From Eubacteriales bacterium (GTDB taxonomy: Bacteria > Bacillota > Clostridia > Oscillospirales > CAG-272), in the NCBI GenBank assembly GCA_045660565.1, contig JAZRDX010000008.1:1-46160 (forward strand): DNA of 46,160 bases, given 5' to 3'. The position numbers were made by a program, and so were the translations under genes. Under the pieces are notes generated by a model. The model was not told where the DNA came from, did not search any database, and saw only the letters and a list, made by a program, of their open reading frames with translations. The stretch's first letter is position 1; every line of letters begins with the position of its first letter. Below are positions 41,444 to 46,160 of this stretch, piece by piece.

Positions 41444-44251
41444 ATGAAAAAAATAGCGGTTGCCGTATTTACAAAGATAAATAGAAATGTAACCTTATGC
41501 ATTGAAAAAGCGGTTCATAAAGCCGTTTTTTTGCATCTGTCGAACTATTTTGAAGACGCTGTATACGGAACCGTTATTGATCTTCCCGGTTCTCCGTGTT
41601 ATAAATCTCACGGAGACCGTGAGATAATCGAAGCTGTGTCGAGATGCTACGGAGCGCTCCCCAAAAAATATAAGGAAAGCTTTTTTGTTGTGGTAAGAGC
41701 GCGACGGTATAACGTAAATCGATCAAAAAGTGAGGCTTTTTGCTGTGAAAACGGAGCATACGGTGCGCTTAACGATCTTATAGCTGGAAATATGGCAGAT
41801 TACTATACACTGGGAAATGTTCCTGATAAATATGAATATCTGTTTTTTTCGGGTTCTGACAAAGTGATTGAGGCGGGGGGAATCAATGCGCTGTTAAAGA
41901 TTGCCGCCGCAACAGGGAAAAACGTGTTTCCGTATATTAAAAACGCGCCGTACTCTGATTATGTTGCAAATTCATTAAGCGACATATCGGATAATAGCGG
42001 AAAGAGGGGCTTTAATATAAAAAAGAGAGCGCTAAATTCCGGAAAAAGAGAAAAAACGTTTTCCTTTCTTGAAGGTCTTTATATAAGAGAAAAAGCACGT
42101 AGTATTAAGCTAGAAAGAATAGGTGTAACGGAAAAAAGCTTTACACCGAAAGGAGACTGTATTCTCTTAAAAAGCGTTTACGTTTTAAATAATCCTCTGA
42201 ATAAGGTGTTAGCTCCGAACAAGGAGCCTTTCTCCACGGGAGCGCCGTTTAAACGAAGAAAGGATTTTTCACGCTTTTCTTACCGCGCAGCGCTTGCGGC
42301 AAGCCGTGTTTTTAACGGTAAAATAGAGAAGAACTGTATATCGGTAGCAGATGAAACAGAAGCGGCGGAGTGTTTGGTTGCGCTTATAGCAATGAGGGGC
42401 TTTGGCTTTTTAGGAGACGCAGAGCTAATTGAAAGCTCTGAAACACTGCTTGATATAATAGAGGAAGAAACGCTGTGTGAGGATAAGAATACTGATAAAG
42501 GAAAGCTGTTGTTTTTAATTACTGCGGTAACCGCGGTGTATTCAAGGATTGCCTTTTTGAATTCCTTGTATTGGCCTATCGGGTTACGTGTAAAGGAATT
42601 ACGTTTAAGGTTAGAAAAGCAAATTACGACAAGAATTGTTAATAATGATAATGTATATGTTGCAATGTGTTGTAATAAGGCTGTTTTGAATATCAACAAA
42701 AATTATGCGTTGCCAAAGCTTATGGAAATGATACTATCTGAAAATGAAGCCGATATATCCTTTGGAGCGAGGGGTTTTGAAGACGTGGAAAATGCTTTAT
42801 GCGTGCTGGCGGTAGCAAGCAACGTTTGTTTTCACGGTAATATCAGGGATTATCTTTTATGCGATCCCGTGTTCGGGGCAAGAAGCTCTTATTTATCAAG
42901 AATGACAGCAGAGAAAACCGATTTTACGACACCAAAAGAAAGAAAATCGGAGAAAAAGAAAAGGCAAGCGTTGCTGTTAGGCAAGGGGCTTTTACCGGTG
43001 AAGACGCGCTTTTCCGAGCGCGGTGTGGATACGCAAGTTATTCCTTTTGTTGCATACTTTCAAAGGATAACAAGACAAATACCTATTAATAACAATCTAA
43101 CAGTAGTCAAAATATGTTATATTGTTGACAGTGATTTTTCGCTCCTTACCGCTCTTGTGAAAGCAACCTCGATGGCTACGCAAATCTCCGTATGCTTAAT
43201 TTTCAGTAATTTTCGCGCCTTTGCTAAAGCCGAAAAAATGTTTGGCGAAAAGGTAAGCCTCTTTTTGTCTGATGATAAGGAAAAATGCGAGGAGGTGAAG
43301 CGTTCGTCAGTGCTTGTACGAAGGCTTACCTCGGAAACCACGCTTTCAGAGCTTATGGAGGAAGCGAAGAGATACGGAAGGTTTAAAGCAAACGTTAGCT
43401 CAAAGCCGGAAATGTTTTCCCACTGCCTTTGCGCAGGCGGTGGACTGAAAAACGGTTTTTGTACCTTTTTACAAAACGGAAGAAACGTAAGCTACGGAGA
43501 GTTTATAAAAAATCCGTTTACCGAGGTAAAGTCGGTAGTAACTACCTTTGTACCGAGGCTTCGCGCAAAGCTTATAAGGGTTACGCTTGCGGACGCAAAA
43601 TACAGAAGTGCAACGCAGATTTTTGTTTTAAACGAAAAGGGAAAGGCTTTAGAGGTTGGGGACGTAACGGAGCTTTCGGGGCTCGACTGCTTCAGCAGAA
43701 CCTTAGGCAGAGATAAGCTTACGGTTTTAAAGCAAAGTGTTGATGACGGTGTGATTTTCGCTGTGCAGATTTTTAAAAATGAAAGAGAAAGAGAATATCT
43801 TCAGGCAAAGCTAAAGGAAGAAAGCTTCTTTGAGAGCTGTGAGAGCGCTATAAAAACAGAGCTGGAGGTGGAGCGGCGCCACGCGGAGATACTTTCCGGT
43901 TTTATCGGTGCTGAATTGTCCGATACGGGAGACGGAAGCTTCATTTCCGATCTGAGAGCAGCTATGGGAAGGCAGGTTCCGCGCTCCTTCTTTTCTAAAA
44001 TGATTTTCCTTGCTAAGGTGGGAGAGCTTAAAGGAGAAAAGCTGCCACTTGCGGCGAAAGCTTACGCCGAGCAGTTTTCGGACAGAAAAATATTTGATGT
44101 TTGCCTCCCTGCCGCATATACAAAGAACGGCGAGAGAAGCGATGAGGACGGTAAAGAGACAAAAAATGAATATCGCTATCCTTTTTATATTCACTGCCTT
44201 GACAGAATGAAGGAAGCAGACAGGGGATTTCTTGAAATTAACGGGAGGTAA
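41444..44251 (+). CDS. 935-aa cytoplasmic orphan protein. The N-terminal ~180 aa resembles a GT-A (GT2/GT84-like) glycosyltransferase fold with substituted signature residues
   Basis: An AAAGGTG RBS precedes the ATG at 41444; the track GTG at 41435 overlaps that RBS. The N-terminal IAVAVFTKIN.. strand, RARRYNVNRSKSEAFCCENGAYGALNDLIAG and YEYLFFSGSD align in order with the GT2 pattern R..N...KAGNLN.AL....y..ifDaD, but the K/DxD positions are changed. The remainder is unrecognised. Confidence 0.45.
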   Translation: MKKIAVAVFTKINRNVTLCIEKAVHKAVFLHLSNYFEDAVYGTVIDLPGSPCYKSHGDREIIEAVSRCYGALPKKYKESFFVVVRARRYNVNRSKSEAFCCENGAYGALNDLIAGNMADYYTLGNVPDKYEYLFFSGSDKVIEAGGINALLKIAAATGKNVFPYIKNAPYSDYVANSLSDISDNSGKRGFNIKKRALNSGKREKTFSFLEGLYIREKARSIKLERIGVTEKSFTPKGDCILLKSVYVLNNPLNKVLAPNKEPFSTGAPFKRRKDFSRFSYRAALAASRVFNGKIEKNCISVADETEAAECLVALIAMRGFGFLGDAELIESSETLLDIIEEETLCEDKNTDKGKLLFLITAVTAVYSRIAFLNSLYWPIGLRVKELRLRLEKQITTRIVNNDNVYVAMCCNKAVLNINKNYALPKLMEMILSENEADISFGARGFEDVENALCVLAVASNVCFHGNIRDYLLCDPVFGARSSYLSRMTAEKTDFTTPKERKSEKKKRQALLLGKGLLPVKTRFSERGVDTQVIPFVAYFQRITRQIPINNNLTVVKICYIVDSDFSLLTALVKATSMATQISVCLIFSNFRAFAKAEKMFGEKVSLFLSDDKEKCEEVKRSSVLVRRLTSETTLSELMEEAKRYGRFKANVSSKPEMFSHCLCAGGGLKNGFCTFLQNGRNVSYGEFIKNPFTEVKSVVTTFVPRLRAKLIRVTLADAKYRSATQIFVLNEKGKALEVGDVTELSGLDCFSRTLGRDKLTVLKQSVDDGVIFAVQIFKNEREREYLQAKLKEESFFESCESAIKTELEVERRHAEILSGFIGAELSDTGDGSFISDLRAAMGRQVPRSFFSKMIFLAKVGELKGEKLPLAAKAYAEQFSDRKIFDVCLPAAYTKNGERSDEDGKETKNEYRYPFYIHCLDRMKEADRGFLEINGR

Positions 44252-44473
44252 AAGGCTTTGCCGAAACGTGCAGACGTTGTTTTTCCGAAGGGCGGCTTCG
44301 GTGAACGAGCGGACGAAGGAATGTCGTTTTAAAAATATACCTGTTGAAACGAAGGGAAAGATGTTCCCGAAAAATAAAAAAGTAATAGTTATTATTTAAA
44401 ATGTTCTTAAATTATACATTATTGTATGTTAGAATATAATACGAAATATTATACGTTTGTGGAAGGCTGACTT

Positions 44474-45760
44474 ATGAAGGTTGAAAACAGAGCGCTCGGT
44501 AAAGGCGCGTCTCTCGGTATAATTAACACCGATAAATTTAAAAACAATTATTTTGCGGTGAATTTTTTGCTGCCGCTCAGCGATGAGAATATCTCGGAGT
44601 GCAGTGTTCTTGCAAGCGTTCTTCTCCGTGGAACGAAAAAGCACCCGAGTGTTTCCGCTATTTCAAAGCATATAGGTATGATATACGATCCGAGCATCGA
44701 GGTCTCGGCTACCAAAACGTCGTCCGCGCTCGTTTTTAAGGTCGGTGCGTATTTCCTTTGTAACGACTATCTTCCGAAAAACGAAAAGCTTGACGTTTTC
44801 GGAGAGGTAAGCGCTCTTATGACCGAGCTTCTCACCGAGCCGGTTACAGAAAACGGAGTCCTTTCCGCTTCCTTTACGGAGAGCGAGAAAAAGCGTCAGA
44901 TTGATAAGATAAGAGCGCGTATAAACAATAAGGATACCTATGCGCTTTCGAGATGTAACACCCTTATGCTCGGTGATATTCCCGCCGCGTGCGATGCTCT
45001 CGGAACCGAGGCGGCGGTTTCCGCCGTTACCCCGAGGTCTCTTTATGAAAAGCTTGATTTTATACTGAAAAAATGCCCTATCGAGGCTGTTTTTGCGGGA
45101 AAGCTTACGGCGAGCGCCGAGAAAACGGCTATCGATTTCATTACCTCGCTCACTAGGGACAGAGACGAGGCGGAGATGCTTCCCCGTCCTACCGTTATAA
45201 AGCCGTCCTTTGACGGTGAGCTTAAATGTATAACCGAGGACATATCGGCGACACAGGGAAGAATGGTTATGGGCTTTTCCATGCCCGACTTAGGAGAGAA
45301 AACGGGAGCTATCGAGGTTTTTAACGAGATATTCGGAGGTTCTCCCGTAAGCCGTCTCTTTACCAATGTAAGAGAAAGGCTTCAGCTTTGCTACTACTGC
45401 GCCTCGGCACAAAATATCGGACTTAACGTTATGTACGTGCGTAGCGGAATCAACCGTGAAAACCTTGACCAAGCAAGGACCGAGATAATGCGTCAGCTTG
45501 AGCTTCTCAGAAATCCGGAAAATATTTCGGACGAGGAGCTTAACGCGGCAAGGCTCGGTATAGTAAGCGGTTATAATTCAACCTGCGACAGTCCTCTCCG
45601 CTATGCTTCGTGGTATATTAACAGACGTATCGCGGGAAGGCATACCGATATTGAGCGGTGCAAGGCAGATGTTGAAAACACCGATGCGCGTGCGGTTTCC
45701 GATGTGGCAAAGGCTGTGCGTCCTGTTATAAATTATTTCCTTAACGGTATCGAAGGGTAG
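44474..45760 (+). CDS. M16 (pitrilysin/insulinase) family protein, non-catalytic type lacking HxxEH
   Basis: Its length and layout are typical of M16B partner subunits. It sits directly upstream of an HxxEH-containing paralog. A GGAAGG RBS is present. Confidence 0.65.
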   Translation: MKVENRALGKGASLGIINTDKFKNNYFAVNFLLPLSDENISECSVLASVLLRGTKKHPSVSAISKHIGMIYDPSIEVSATKTSSALVFKVGAYFLCNDYLPKNEKLDVFGEVSALMTELLTEPVTENGVLSASFTESEKKRQIDKIRARINNKDTYALSRCNTLMLGDIPAACDALGTEAAVSAVTPRSLYEKLDFILKKCPIEAVFAGKLTASAEKTAIDFITSLTRDRDEAEMLPRPTVIKPSFDGELKCITEDISATQGRMVMGFSMPDLGEKTGAIEVFNEIFGGSPVSRLFTNVRERLQLCYYCASAQNIGLNVMYVRSGINRENLDQARTEIMRQLELLRNPENISDEELNAARLGIVSGYNSTCDSPLRYASWYINRRIAGRHTDIERCKADVENTDARAVSDVAKAVRPVINYFLNGIEG

Positions 45761-45769
45761 GGTGTGCTT

Positions 45770-46160
45770 ATGAACTGCAATGAAATGAAGCAGCTTAAAA
45801 GTGAGGTAATCGGTGAAAGCTGCCTGAAAATAAATCATAAAAGCGGTCTTACGGTATACATTTCAAAAAAGCCGTTTTCAACCGCTTATGCCGTTTTCGG
45901 TACGCGCTACGGCTCTTTCGATAACGTTTTCATGCTTAAGGGAGACGGTGGTTTCAGCGTTGTCCCCGAGGGAATAGCTCATTTTCTTGAACATAAAATG
46001 TTTGAATCCGAGGACGGACACGACAGCTTTGAGGATTTTGCCGAGGCGGGGGCTGATGCCAACGCCTATACCTCGACCGACCGTACGGCGTATCTCTTTT
46101 CCTGTACCGACGGCTTTTACCGTTGCCTTGAAATACTGCTTAAAATGGTAACCACTCCCG
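45770..46160 (+). CDS. M16 family zinc peptidase, catalytic type (3'-truncated by the window edge)
   Basis: My own translation MNCNEMKQLKSEVIGES...PEGIAHFLEHKMFESEDGHDSF... contains the inverted zinc motif HFLEH. The reading frame stays open to the end of the window. Confidence 0.75.
   Translation, partial: MNCNEMKQLKSEVIGESCLKINHKSGLTVYISKKPFSTAYAVFGTRYGSFDNVFMLKGDGGFSVVPEGIAHFLEHKMFESEDGHDSFEDFAEAGADANAYTSTDRTAYLFSCTDGFYRCLEILLKMVTTP

Noticed and set aside
40793-44473. A mobile element or genomic island explanation for the small ORF and 935-aa gene locus.
   Set aside because: No integrase, transposase, tRNA target or flanking direct or inverted repeats were seen. The compositional difference is only a visual impression and needs to be computed.
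41060-46160. A RiPP or bacteriocin-like cluster made of the small peptide, the large unknown protein and the M16 peptidase pair, by analogy with AlbE/AlbF or PqqF.
   Set aside because: The peptide has no Cys, Ser or Thr pattern and no leader-core organisation. A strong terminator separates it from the 935-aa gene, and a 222-bp gap separates that gene from the peptidases. No radical SAM, YcaO or transporter genes are adjacent. M16 pairs are common housekeeping genes in Clostridia.

Overview
This ~46 kb window reads as chromosomal DNA from a spore-forming Firmicute of the Clostridia type; the taxonomy is inferred from gene content only. No transposase, integrase, CRISPR array, tRNA or rRNA was seen.

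Gene content, left to right:
- G5+M23 peptidoglycan hydrolase.
- TIGR01212-type radical SAM gene whose 3' end lies in a 48-50 bp tandem repeat array.
- 1053-aa CvpA-like membrane protein.
- Gfo/Idh/MocA oxidoreductase.
- pcrA, then the classic ffs (SRP RNA)-dnaX-ybaB-recR block on the minus strand.
- SleC-like spore cortex-lytic locus, split into two ORFs, plus a further PG-binding protein.
- zur-znuA-znuC-znuB zinc uptake operon with a trailing lipoprotein.
- 1408-aa Cys/His-repeat lipoprotein, divergent from zur.
- thyX, divergent from a yfbR-like 5'-deoxynucleotidase.
- A second Gfo/Idh/MocA oxidoreductase.
- A pair of M16 peptidases at the right edge.

Main candidate for an undescribed system: a ~13 kb operon at 27492-40792 with a consensus promoter and a terminator.
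- It encodes a 1109-aa solute-binding protein fused to CBM-like modules.
- It encodes two separate MalF/MalG-like permease pairs.
- It encodes an NHL-propeller/TPR/Yip1 membrane protein and a 1124-aa secreted protein that I recognise only as DUF5696-like.
- It has no ATPase, no regulator and no recognisable CAZyme.
- A possible 38-aa very basic upstream ORF has a stop codon overlapping the SBP start codon.

Second locus of interest, at 40793-44473:
- An unannotated 27-aa hydrophobic ORF with a strong RBS.
- A repeat-containing leader that ends in a long terminator hairpin.
- That hairpin abuts a 935-aa orphan protein whose N-terminus looks like a GT-A glycosyltransferase with degraded signature residues.

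Method notes:
- Several ORF-track starts were trimmed because the track begins at upstream TTG/GTG codons that contain the real RBS.
- All family assignments come from motif recognition by eye, not from searches.
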